Shown here in pieces: positions 38,401-46,356 of a stretch of DNA of 64,000 bases; position 1 is the stretch's first letter; each line of letters starts with the position of its first letter. The stretch lies in the NCBI GenBank assembly GCA_964401155.1, contig CAYNXF010000004.1:42887-106886 (forward strand), written 5' to 3'. The notes under the pieces were generated by a model. That model made no database searches, was not told where the DNA came from, and saw only the letters and a program-made list of their open reading frames with translations. The DNA is from an uncultured Sphingopyxis sp. Lineage in GTDB: Bacteria; Pseudomonadota; Alphaproteobacteria; Sphingomonadales; Sphingomonadaceae. Made by a program: the position numbers and the translations under genes.

Positions 38401-38557
38401 CCTTGGCGCGGCGGATGAGCGCGAGGCCATGCGCCTTGATGCTAGCCACATCGGGCCCGCCAATCGCCAACGCCGCACGCAGTTTCGCCACACAACCGGC
38501 CTCGCCGGTGTCCGCCAGCGCGCGAATGGCAATGCGATCAAGGGGGGGAGGGGTCAT
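35456..38557 (-). CDS. putA: bifunctional proline dehydrogenase / L-glutamate gamma-semialdehyde dehydrogenase PutA
   Basis: PRODH barrel followed by an ALDH domain (FTGSTEVA, ETGGANA, GQRCSALR). ATG 38557 has a GGAG RBS. Longer versions of the ORF would run into the tRNA at 38711. Confidence 0.93.
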   Translation of the reverse strand: MTPPPLDRIAIRALADTGEAGCVAKLRAALAIGGPDVASIKAHGLALIRRAKDEGERETLVAQLMNRYRLSTEEGVVLMCLAEALLRIPDSATANALIRDKIAGRHWTGGEDADASPLIVELSARGLSLGSATLLLDQIGSQANPFTILKRMIRRSGEPVIRQAALAAMKLLGQQFVMGETIDAAVRRADKESRELASFDMLGEAARTAGDAARYWQSYADAIARIGRDARPGDPHANHGISIKLSALHPRYEYLQGARVRAELLPRVIELARAARAVNIPLMIDAEESDRLEPHLDIFAGLVEAGVADGWPGLGIVVQAYQKRAPAVIDWVAALARARGAKLALRLVKGAYWDTEIKRAQLMGLADFPVFTAKEHTDLNYLACALRLRGMQDAIYPAFASHNAMTLAYVARAFAGADYELQRLHGMGEGAHDALVALDPPPRPVRVYAPVGTHRDLLAYLVRRLLENGANSSFVHQFSDPDVTAEQLAIDPRELASGPTPAQVTGAALFDPVRRNSRGHDLGQPGVPEALLGRMAAARGEAALALPIIDGDQRDGTRMAVRNPATGTVVGHVVEAETAAIDQAFAAARAAQDDWSLAGGAFRAARLERAADRFEEAEARLLALAMDEAGKTLADAVAELREAVDFLRYYAAEARVHFERPAMLPGPTGERNELLLEGRGVFVCISPWNFPLAIFTGQVAAALAAGNAVLAKPAEQTPLIAAAAVELLHAAGIPTDVLHLLPGRGETVGAVLTSHPGIAGVAFTGSTEVARAINRTLAARDGPIATLIAETGGANAMIVDSSALPEQVARDAVASAFQSAGQRCSALRLLCVQEDVADTMIEMIAGAMGELNVGDPADPATDVGPIIDAEAQANIAAYVAAARAEGRVLAEADRLVLPGDGHFVPPVMVRLDKVTDLTREIFGPVLHVATWKAGELDQLIDAINASGYGLTLGVHTRIDSVAAHIAARAQVGNVYVNRNQIGAIVGSQPFGGRGLSGTGPKAGGPHYLFRFAEEKVISTDVTAAGGNAALMAG

Positions 38558-38710
38558 GGGCGCGCTCCGGCGGTTGGTTGCGACGGCCTGCATAGCCGAG
38601 GGGCCATCCGCGTTCCACATGGCGCTTGAAATAAAGTTGCGCACGCCAGTCACAGTACCCGCTCCCAATTGACGCTGCCGCGACGCTGTGCCAGAGGCCG
38701 CCGCCGACGC

Positions 38711-38783
38711 GCGGGTGTAGCTCAATGGTAGAGCAGAAGCTTCCCAAGCTTACGACGAGGGTTCGATTCCCTTCACCGCTCCA
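38711..38783 (+). tRNA. tRNA-Gly (anticodon CCC), CCA encoded; acceptor stem appears one nt short
   Basis: gcgggtg-ta-gctcaatggtagagc-a-gaagc-ttCCCaa-gctta-cgac-gagggttcgattccctt-caccgc-t-cca. The 3' acceptor strand has 6 nt against a 7-nt 5' strand. Confidence 0.8.
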
Positions 38784-38869
38784 GCCCCCACCGTCCCATA
38801 GTTGCCGCCAAAATGGTGCTGCTTTGGTGACAGTTGCGCTTAGGTATTTGCCGCAGGCGCGGCATAACC

Positions 38870-39514
38870 ATGTTCATGCAGCCAAGCGAAACCATCTTGT
38901 TGCTAATGCCCGACGCCGGCCGCCGCGCGGCCTGTTTTGCCGCATTGGCCGACCGCCCGCAACGCATTGTCCGCGCCTTTGGCGAAAGCGATGATGTCAC
39001 CGAAGTCCTTGGCGGGATTGAACAGGCCTGCTTGGTGATCGACAAAGCGGCAATCCGTCAGTCGGGCTTTCGCGCGCTAACCGCGTCGCTGGAGCGTCGC
39101 CCTGCCATTTTTTCGCTCGCGCTAGCTCCCGGGCTCGATGTCGATGACGCCATGACGCTGCTGACTTGCCCGCGCTGCGAGATTTTGCGCAGCGATGACG
39201 TCGCGGCGGCGGCGGACCGTGCTGAGGCGTTGTTGCCGGCCATTGCTGCCGTCGGCGAACGCTGGCGCGCGGAACAGGCGGCGCGGCTGGCGCTGGCACG
39301 ACTCAGCCCGCGTGAAGCCACGGTGCTGGCAGGGCTGGCAGGCGGGCAAACCAGCAAGGATATTGCGCGCGTGCTGGGCGTCAGCCCGCGCACCATCGAA
39401 GTCCACCGCGCCAGCATCATGCGCCGCACCGGATCGGATACGTTGGCCGGGCTGCTGCGGCTCTATTTCCTGGCTGAATTGCCCGTGGCGCCGCTGCTTG
39501 CGCGCGCGGCCTAG
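38870..39514 (+). CDS. LuxR/FixJ-family transcriptional regulator with atypical receiver-like N-terminus
   Basis: C-terminal HTH LSPREATVLAGLAGGQTSKDIARVLGVSPRTIEVHRASIM. The N-terminal region is receiver-sized but lacks the usual N-terminal acidic pair. Confidence 0.75.
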   Translation: MFMQPSETILLLMPDAGRRAACFAALADRPQRIVRAFGESDDVTEVLGGIEQACLVIDKAAIRQSGFRALTASLERRPAIFSLALAPGLDVDDAMTLLTCPRCEILRSDDVAAAADRAEALLPAIAAVGERWRAEQAARLALARLSPREATVLAGLAGGQTSKDIARVLGVSPRTIEVHRASIMRRTGSDTLAGLLRLYFLAELPVAPLLARAA

Positions 39515-39577
39515 AGTCTGTCCCAGCTACGTTGAAACGCGCGGACCCGTGCCGCTGCCACTCTTGTGGAACAACCC

Positions 39578-41089
39578 CTAAAGCGCGAACGTCACTCCCT
39601 GCGCCAGCGGCAGGTCGCGGCCGTAATTGATGCTGTTGGTGGCGCGGCGCATATAGGCGCGCCACGCATCTGACCCGCTTTCGCGGCCCCCGCCGGTTTC
39701 CTTTTCGCCGCCGAACGCACCGCCAATTTCGGCGCCCGAAGTGCCAAGGTTGACGTTGGCGATGCCGCAATCGCTGCCCGCCGCCGACATAAAGCGCTCC
39801 GCCTCGCGCATGTCGGTGGTAAAAATGGCCGACGACAGCCCCTGCGCGACAGCATTTTGCGCCAAAATGGCGTCATCAAGGGTCTGGTAGCGCATCACAT
39901 ACAGGATCGGCGCAAAGGTTTCTTCGAGCACCGGCCCGGTCTGCCCGCCCATTTCCACCAGCGCCGGGCGGACATAGACGCCGCCACCGCCCACCGGCAC
40001 CCGCTCGCCGCCGTGGATCGTGCCGCCAAGCGCACGCGCCGCGGCCAGCGCCCGACCCATTGCCGCCCCCGCGGGCGCGTCGATCAACGGGCCCACCAGC
40101 ACGCCAGCCGTGCGCGGATCACCGACCGCGACACTGGCATAGGCGGCGCGCAGCCGCGCGGTGAAGTCGGGGTAAATGGCGTCATGGACGAACAGACGGC
40201 GCAGCGTCGTGCAGCGCTGTCCTGCGGTCCCCATGGCGGCAAAGGCGACGCCGCGCAGGGCAAGGTCCAGGTCAGCCGAGGGCGCGATGATGGCGGCATT
40301 GTTGCCACCGAGTTCGAGCAAACTGCGACCAAAACGCGCCGCAACGCGCGGGCCGACGACGCGGCCCATCGCGGTCGATCCGGTCGCCGACACCAGCGCA
40401 ACGCGCGGGTCGTCGGCCAACGCCGCACCGACATCGCGCCCGCCGATGACGAGCTGCGCCAGCCCATCAGGCGCGTCGTGCCCCGCCGCACGGTAGCGAT
40501 CGAGCGCGCGGTCCATGATCGCCTGCACCGCAAGCGCCGTCAGCGGGGTCTTCTCCGACGGTTTCCACACCACCGGGTCGCCGCAAACCAGCGCCAGTGC
40601 GGCGTTCCAGGCCCAGACCGCCACGGGAAAATTGAACGCGGTGATGATGCCGACGACGCCCAGTGGGTGCCATTGCTCCATCATCCGGTGGTCGGGTCGT
40701 TCGGTCGCGATGGTGAGGCCATGGAGCTGGCGCGACAGGCCGACGGCGAAATCGGCGATGTCGATCATCTCCTGCACCTCGCCCTGCCCTTCGCTCACCA
40801 CCTTGCCGGCCTCGATGGTCACCAGCATGGCGAGCGCATCCTTGTGCGCGCGCAGTTCCTCACCCAACAGGCGAACGAGTTCGCCGCGTTTGGGGGCAGG
40901 GACAATGCGCCATTGCAGGAAAGCGGCGGCGGCGCCCGCCAGCACTGCGTCAATTTCACCGCTGCTGTGCACCGCGCCAATCACGCTGCCGTCGATGGGC
41001 GAATGGGCGAACAGATCGCCGCCGGTGAAGGCGGCGTCGGCCACTCCCAGCTGGCGGAGCAGCGCGGCGGTTTCAGCAGCAATGGTCAT
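39578..41089 (-). CDS. ALDH7-type aldehyde dehydrogenase (piperideine-6-carboxylate / aminoadipate-semialdehyde dehydrogenase-like)
   Basis: EAGKVVSEGQGEVQEMIDIADFAVGLSRQL, FNFPVAVWAWNAALALVCGDPVVWKPSEKTPL, ELGGNNA, GQRCTTLRR. ATG 41089 overlaps the upstream stop (ATGA). Confidence 0.85.
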   Translation of the reverse strand: MTIAAETAALLRQLGVADAAFTGGDLFAHSPIDGSVIGAVHSSGEIDAVLAGAAAAFLQWRIVPAPKRGELVRLLGEELRAHKDALAMLVTIEAGKVVSEGQGEVQEMIDIADFAVGLSRQLHGLTIATERPDHRMMEQWHPLGVVGIITAFNFPVAVWAWNAALALVCGDPVVWKPSEKTPLTALAVQAIMDRALDRYRAAGHDAPDGLAQLVIGGRDVGAALADDPRVALVSATGSTAMGRVVGPRVAARFGRSLLELGGNNAAIIAPSADLDLALRGVAFAAMGTAGQRCTTLRRLFVHDAIYPDFTARLRAAYASVAVGDPRTAGVLVGPLIDAPAGAAMGRALAAARALGGTIHGGERVPVGGGGVYVRPALVEMGGQTGPVLEETFAPILYVMRYQTLDDAILAQNAVAQGLSSAIFTTDMREAERFMSAAGSDCGIANVNLGTSGAEIGGAFGGEKETGGGRESGSDAWRAYMRRATNSINYGRDLPLAQGVTFAL

Positions 41090-42126
41090 GTGACGATTTC
41101 CCTCTGGCCTGCACGGCCCATGCTGATGAGCAACGGGTCGTCCGCCTGGCGCTGGGCAAAGTCGGCCTTGGACGATAGCCCGCGCCAACGAACCGCGATC
41201 AGCGCCTGGGCAATCGCGCCGCCCAGCGTCTCGCCGGGGCCGAGCAGGATGATGCGGTCAGGTGCATATTCCTTGACGGCAACCTGCACCGCCGTCGTGA
41301 AGTCATAGGCGGCGAGGATTTGGTGGCCGAAGGTGTAATCCCACAGTTCCGTCGGCGCGCTGGCGAAACGGCGCCAGATATGCCCGCGCCCGTCGACCAG
41401 CGGGACGGCGGGACCCGCGAACATGGCGGCGGCGAGCTGCGCCTTCGCGCGTGCCGAACTTTCGTGCATCAATTCCGTATGAAACGGCCCGTGCCCGGCA
41501 AGCGGCAGCGGCGCGCGCCCCGGCGTTTCGGGCAGCTCGGCGGCGAGCGCTTTTATCCCCGCTTCATTGCCCGCCAGCACCAGCATCCCGCCGAGGTCAA
41601 TCGACAGCGCCGCGAAATGGCTCGGCCGCGCCGAAATACGGTCGCACAGCCCGAGCACTGCTTCGCGCAGTCCTGGAACATCGCGCCATTCCTCGTCCAC
41701 CACCGTCACGACAATCTGCCCGCCCGGCCCGTGCGCCTGGCTGTTCATCCCCATCGCGTCGGCGATGGTAAAACCATCATCCCCGCTGACCACCCCGCCG
41801 CACGCCAGCGCCGAATACCAGCCCATCGAATTGCCGGTCACCGCGACGACGTCGAAGCGCGCACGGTCAATGGCGAGGAAATCAAGATAGCTCGCCGCAT
41901 AGATGAGCGGCGCCGCAACATCGCCGCGCAGGTGCAGGCTGTTGGAGAAACGCTCCGCCCCATCCAGCTCGGTCAGCGTTGGCTGCCCGCGCCCCGCGCG
42001 CACCGCGTCGAAACGGGCGATGATGTTGGCCCGCGAACCATGATGCCGCGCCAGATAGCCAAGCTCGCCCTTGGCATAAGTCCCACGCCCGGGGGCGATG
42101 ACGAGCGCGGTTTGCTTGGCACTCAT
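41086..42126 (-). CDS. FabD-like (malonyl-CoA:ACP transacylase superfamily) acyltransferase
   Basis: LVIAPGRGTY and a nucleophile elbow VTGNSMGWYSAL in place of GHSxG. 346 aa. Overlaps both neighbours by 4 nt. Confidence 0.6.
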   Translation of the reverse strand: MSAKQTALVIAPGRGTYAKGELGYLARHHGSRANIIARFDAVRAGRGQPTLTELDGAERFSNSLHLRGDVAAPLIYAASYLDFLAIDRARFDVVAVTGNSMGWYSALACGGVVSGDDGFTIADAMGMNSQAHGPGGQIVVTVVDEEWRDVPGLREAVLGLCDRISARPSHFAALSIDLGGMLVLAGNEAGIKALAAELPETPGRAPLPLAGHGPFHTELMHESSARAKAQLAAAMFAGPAVPLVDGRGHIWRRFASAPTELWDYTFGHQILAAYDFTTAVQVAVKEYAPDRIILLGPGETLGGAIAQALIAVRWRGLSSKADFAQRQADDPLLISMGRAGQREIVT

Positions 42127-44321
42127 GCCAGCAGCGCCTTCGCCGCCGCGACAATGTCATCCCGTGATGGCAGCGGGATGGTCGCTGCCTTCCCCAGCGG
42201 AATGAAGCAATCATCCGCCGCCAGCCGCGCCACCCGCTTGTCCGGCATCTGCTCCATCACCAGCGCCATCAGCGCCTCGCTCTGCGAGCCCGTCACGCGG
42301 CATTCGTCGACGATCAGCACGCGCGTTGCATCACCCACCGCGTCCATGATTCCCGCCGGATCGAGCGGCGCCAGCCAGCGCAGATCGATCACGCGCGTTT
42401 TGACCCCGTCCTTGGCGAGTAGGGCTTCGGCCTGACGCGAGAGGAAATAGCCATTGCCATAGGTGATGATGGCAAGGTCCTTGCCATCGCCATGCACGCC
42501 CAGCTGCCCCAGCCGGATTTCGCCTTCGCCGGGCGCCGCATAGGTGCTGGTCCACAGCCCATCGCCCTCGGCGTGCAGATCGCGCGTCATATACAGCGCG
42601 ATGGGTTCGACGAACACCACCACGCGCTGCTCTTCGCGCGCTAGCCGCACGCATTCGCGCAGCATCAGCACCGCGTCGCGCCCATTCGACGGCACCGCCA
42701 AAATCACGCCGGGAATGTCGCGGAACACGGCCAGGCTGTTGTCGTTGTGGAAATGCCCGCCGAAGCCCTTCTGGTAGCCCAGCCCCGCGATGCGGATGAC
42801 CATCGGGTTGCTATACTGACCATCGGAAAAGAAGCTCAGCGTCGCCGCCTCGCCGCGGATCTGGTCCTCGGCATTGTGGACATAGGCGAGGAACTGGATC
42901 TCGGGCATCGGCACGAACCCGTTGTGCGCCATGCCGATGGCGAGCCCCAGAATCGCCTGCTCATCAAGCAGGGTGTTAATGACTCGTCCCGAGCCGAAGC
43001 GTGCGTGCAGTTTCGCCGTGCAATTATACACCCCGCCCTTCGGCCCCACATCTTCGCCCATCACCGCAATTTCGGGGTAGGCGAGCATCAGGTCGGCCAG
43101 CGCCCAGCTGATCAGGCGCGCCATATGCTGCGGCTTGTCCATCTGCGCGGCATCGCTCGCGAACATCGCCGTGCGCGCGTCGGCGGGCGGCTGGTTGGTG
43201 GCTAGCACATCGCGCTTCGGCGGAATCAGGCTGGCGCGCACGGCAGCGCGGCTGGTCAGCTTGGGACGACGGATGGCGTCCTCGGCAGCCCGCGCCAGCG
43301 TGCTGCCGATATCTTCATACAGCTCGGCAATCTGCACCGGCGTCATCAGCCCGCCTTCGACCATCAGCGCCGCGCCAAAGGCAAGCGGATCGCGCTCCTC
43401 ATCGGCCTCGATGACCGATTTGGGGAGGTATGTCAGCTGCACGTCCGACCCAGCATGGCCATAGAGCCGCACCGTTTCCATATGCAGGAACACCGGCCTT
43501 TTCTTCGTGCGCGCAAAGTCCACCGCTTCGCGCGCGCCGCGCCACGCATCCGCGATGTCGAGGCCCGAAGCGCGGACATAATGCAGCCCGGCGCGGTGAC
43601 GGAATTGCGCTTCGATCCACCCATGGGGCGTGCGCGTCGAAATGCCGATGCCATTATCCTCGCAGCAAAAGACCAGCGGCAACGGCGATCCCTGAAACGC
43701 GCTCCACCCGGCGGTGTTGAACGCCCCCTGCGCGGTCGAATGATTGGCTGACGCATCGCCAAAGGTTGCAACGACAATGGCGTCGTCGGGCATCGCCGTG
43801 CCATCCAGCTTCAGCCGCTTGGCAAGCGGAATGGAGAAAGCCGCGCCGACCGCCTTGGGCAAATGGCTGGCGATGGTGCTCGTCTGCGGCGGGATGAACA
43901 AAGGCTTCGACCCGATCACCTTGTGCCGCCCGCCCGATATCGGATCTTCGGCCGACGCCGCGAAGGACAGCAGCAAATCCCAGGTCGGGGTCGTCCCCGG
44001 CAATTGCCGCGCGCGCTGCAGCTGAAACGCGTTCGAACGATAGTGCAGAAACGCCATGTCAGTGAGCCGCAGCGCGGCAGCGAGCGCGGCATTGCCCTCA
44101 TGCCCCGACGACCCGATGGTGTAAAACCCCTCGCCGCGTGCCTGCAGGCTGCGCGACAGCCGGTCCATCTGGCGCGTCGTCAGCTGCGTTTCGTATATGT
44201 CGGCGAGCGTCGCGGCATCGAGACCGACGCTGGCCGGATCAGGCAAACCGCGCCGGTCGGGCAAACGCCCGTCCTTCAACCGCGCCAGAAATTTCTCATG
44301 TACGGCCTGCGCGGCGTCCAT
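42123..44321 (-). CDS. fused E1 alpha/beta thiamine-diphosphate-dependent 2-oxoacid dehydrogenase component
   Basis: 732 aa. The alpha-like half (YTIGSSGHEGNAAL, FGDASANHSTAQGAFN) is followed by a transketolase-like beta half (IAVMGEDVGPKGGVY, LDEQAILGLAIGMA). Confidence 0.75.
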   Translation of the reverse strand: MDAAQAVHEKFLARLKDGRLPDRRGLPDPASVGLDAATLADIYETQLTTRQMDRLSRSLQARGEGFYTIGSSGHEGNAALAAALRLTDMAFLHYRSNAFQLQRARQLPGTTPTWDLLLSFAASAEDPISGGRHKVIGSKPLFIPPQTSTIASHLPKAVGAAFSIPLAKRLKLDGTAMPDDAIVVATFGDASANHSTAQGAFNTAGWSAFQGSPLPLVFCCEDNGIGISTRTPHGWIEAQFRHRAGLHYVRASGLDIADAWRGAREAVDFARTKKRPVFLHMETVRLYGHAGSDVQLTYLPKSVIEADEERDPLAFGAALMVEGGLMTPVQIAELYEDIGSTLARAAEDAIRRPKLTSRAAVRASLIPPKRDVLATNQPPADARTAMFASDAAQMDKPQHMARLISWALADLMLAYPEIAVMGEDVGPKGGVYNCTAKLHARFGSGRVINTLLDEQAILGLAIGMAHNGFVPMPEIQFLAYVHNAEDQIRGEAATLSFFSDGQYSNPMVIRIAGLGYQKGFGGHFHNDNSLAVFRDIPGVILAVPSNGRDAVLMLRECVRLAREEQRVVVFVEPIALYMTRDLHAEGDGLWTSTYAAPGEGEIRLGQLGVHGDGKDLAIITYGNGYFLSRQAEALLAKDGVKTRVIDLRWLAPLDPAGIMDAVGDATRVLIVDECRVTGSQSEALMALVMEQMPDKRVARLAADDCFIPLGKAATIPLPSRDDIVAAAKALLA

Positions 44322-44324
44322 TGT

Positions 44325-45116
44325 CTATTCCCCCTGCCCGATGGCCTCGAGCACATCCTCGAGCCGCGCCGGATCGCCCAGTGCCAGCACATGGCCCTCG
44401 CTGGTCGCCGACAATGGCTCGCCGTTCCAGTCGCACATCATCCCGCCGGCGCCCTCAACCACCGGCACCAGCGCGGCAAAATCATGGAGCTTCAGCCCCG
44501 CTTCGCACACCAGATCGATATGCCCCGACGCCAGCAGACCGTAGTTATAGCAATCGCCGCCATAAAGGATGCGCCGCGACACGAGCTGGCTGGCGAGCGC
44601 CAGAAAATGCCCCGCGGCATGATCGTCAAAGGCGTGCGGGCTGGTCGTCCCCAGCACCGCTTCGTGCAGCACCGAGCAGGCGCGCGTGCGAATGGGCGCG
44701 CCGTTGAACCACGCCCCGCCATCGACCGCATCGATCGCGCCGACCCAGCGCTCGCGCGCAATCGGCTGGTCAATCACCCCCAGCACCGGCCATCCATCGA
44801 CGAGCAGCGCGATTAGCGTGCCAAAGGTTGGCTTGCCCGCCATGAAGCTGGTCGTGCCATCGATGGGATCGAGCACCCATTGCCGCGAGGCGCCCGGCCG
44901 TTCGGCGCCAAATTCCTCGCCGATAATGCCGTCACGCGGCACCTCGGCATTCAATATCCGGCGGATCGCTTCCTCCGCCGCGCGGTCCGCCTCGGTGACG
45001 GGCGAGGCATCGGACTTGGTTTCATGCGTAAAGGCGGCGCGAAAAAAGGGCCGAATCGCCGCCCCCGCCGCATCGGCAAGGCGCTGGGCGAGCGCAAGGT
45101 CGGTTTCGAGGGTCAT
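44325..45116 (-). CDS. inositol-monophosphatase-family phosphatase (HisN-type histidinol-phosphatase candidate)
   Basis: GEEFG, WVLDPIDGTTSF and GGDCYNYGLLASG motifs. 263 aa. Confidence 0.75.
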   Translation of the reverse strand: MTLETDLALAQRLADAAGAAIRPFFRAAFTHETKSDASPVTEADRAAEEAIRRILNAEVPRDGIIGEEFGAERPGASRQWVLDPIDGTTSFMAGKPTFGTLIALLVDGWPVLGVIDQPIARERWVGAIDAVDGGAWFNGAPIRTRACSVLHEAVLGTTSPHAFDDHAAGHFLALASQLVSRRILYGGDCYNYGLLASGHIDLVCEAGLKLHDFAALVPVVEGAGGMMCDWNGEPLSATSEGHVLALGDPARLEDVLEAIGQGE

Positions 45117-46291
45117 AAGTCAGATCCCATGACACGGACGACATATTGATCGAACATGGGAACGGTAAAAGCCGTATCGCCATGCTCGGGGCTGAAGATC
45201 ATCCCCTTGCGGATAAGCGCGTTGCGGGTAGGCCCGACGCTGGTCACCTTCACCTTCAGCCGGTCCGCAATGTCACCCGACCGGTGCGGCCCGGCCCCAA
45301 GCGTTGCCATTGCCTGCATATAGCGCTTCTCGGTGGGCGTCAGCCGGTCAAACCTGACGCGGAAGAAGCTAGCGTCGAGCTGCGCCAGGGCCGCAGCCGA
45401 AGCCACCGCCACATCGGCATCGGTGATTGGCGATGTTTCGGCAACATCCCAGCTCTGCTTGCCCCATTCTTGCAAGAAATAGGGATAGCCCTGCGTAGCC
45501 GCAGTGATGGCAGCAATTGCGCCGTCCGTTATGCTCTCGCCTTCTTCCTCGATTGGCGCACGCAGGGCCAAGGTTACCGCTTCGGCATCGAGCGCCCCAA
45601 GTGGCTCGAACAGGAACAGCCGCTCTGCATAGGATTTGGCACGGCCCATCCGGGCCAACAACTGCGGCAAACCCGCACCAACCAGGGTCACCGGAAGCTG
45701 AGCCTGATTGGCGCGGTGCAGCGCGGTAATCAGCGCAGCGAGTTCGGGTTCGGCGACATATTGCAGCTCGTCAATAAACATGACCAAAGCTGTGCCAGCA
45801 CTTCGTGCGGCCTCGCCCGCTGCTGTCACCAGATCGTTGAGATCGTTGCCCAGCTCTCCGCTGTCAGCGAGTCCGCGCTCGGCTTCAAGGTCTAGCGCAA
45901 CTTCGATATCCGCGTAGCGAACCTTGAGTTTTACAAATCCGGCCAAGGCCCGCAGCGCGCGCTTGGCTGCATCCCCAACCGCCGCCATTCGGTCCATGCG
46001 CAGGAACGCTGCGCGGAGCGACGGGGCCAAAATTGCTGGCAGCGAGCGATCCTCTGGCGATTCAATTGCCACCGTGACCATACCACTGGCTTCGGCGGCA
46101 AGTCGCATCTCATTCAGCAGCACCGTTTTGCCCACCCCGCGCAGACCATAGAGCAATACGCTTTGCGCGGACCGACCTGCGCGGATGCGATCTAGCGCAA
46201 TGGCAACGCGCTCCAGCAGCGCGGCACGGCCGGCCAATTCCGGCGGCGGCGTCCCGGCTCCTGGCGCGAAAGGATTGCGGCGTGGGTCCAT
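45113..46291 (-). CDS. AAA/ORC-Cdc6-like ATP-binding protein with C-terminal winged helix
   Basis: NPFAPGAGTPPPELAGR lead-in, Walker A LYGLRGVGKTVLL, Walker B LVMFIDELQ, and C-terminal LTPTEKRYMQAMATLGAGPHRSGDIADRL. The stop overlaps the next gene's start (ATGA). Confidence 0.7.
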   Translation of the reverse strand: MDPRRNPFAPGAGTPPPELAGRAALLERVAIALDRIRAGRSAQSVLLYGLRGVGKTVLLNEMRLAAEASGMVTVAIESPEDRSLPAILAPSLRAAFLRMDRMAAVGDAAKRALRALAGFVKLKVRYADIEVALDLEAERGLADSGELGNDLNDLVTAAGEAARSAGTALVMFIDELQYVAEPELAALITALHRANQAQLPVTLVGAGLPQLLARMGRAKSYAERLFLFEPLGALDAEAVTLALRAPIEEEGESITDGAIAAITAATQGYPYFLQEWGKQSWDVAETSPITDADVAVASAAALAQLDASFFRVRFDRLTPTEKRYMQAMATLGAGPHRSGDIADRLKVKVTSVGPTRNALIRKGMIFSPEHGDTAFTVPMFDQYVVRVMGSDL

Positions 46292-46356
46292 TTATAGAAA
46301 GTTTATCCCATATTATCGTTTTTTTGTAAACTGGGTTAAATTCGCTATAAACGCCT

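Noticed and set aside
39857-41308. 483-aa plus-strand ORF
   Set aside because: It is antisense to the ALDH7-type gene and to the end of the acyltransferase gene. It has no motifs.
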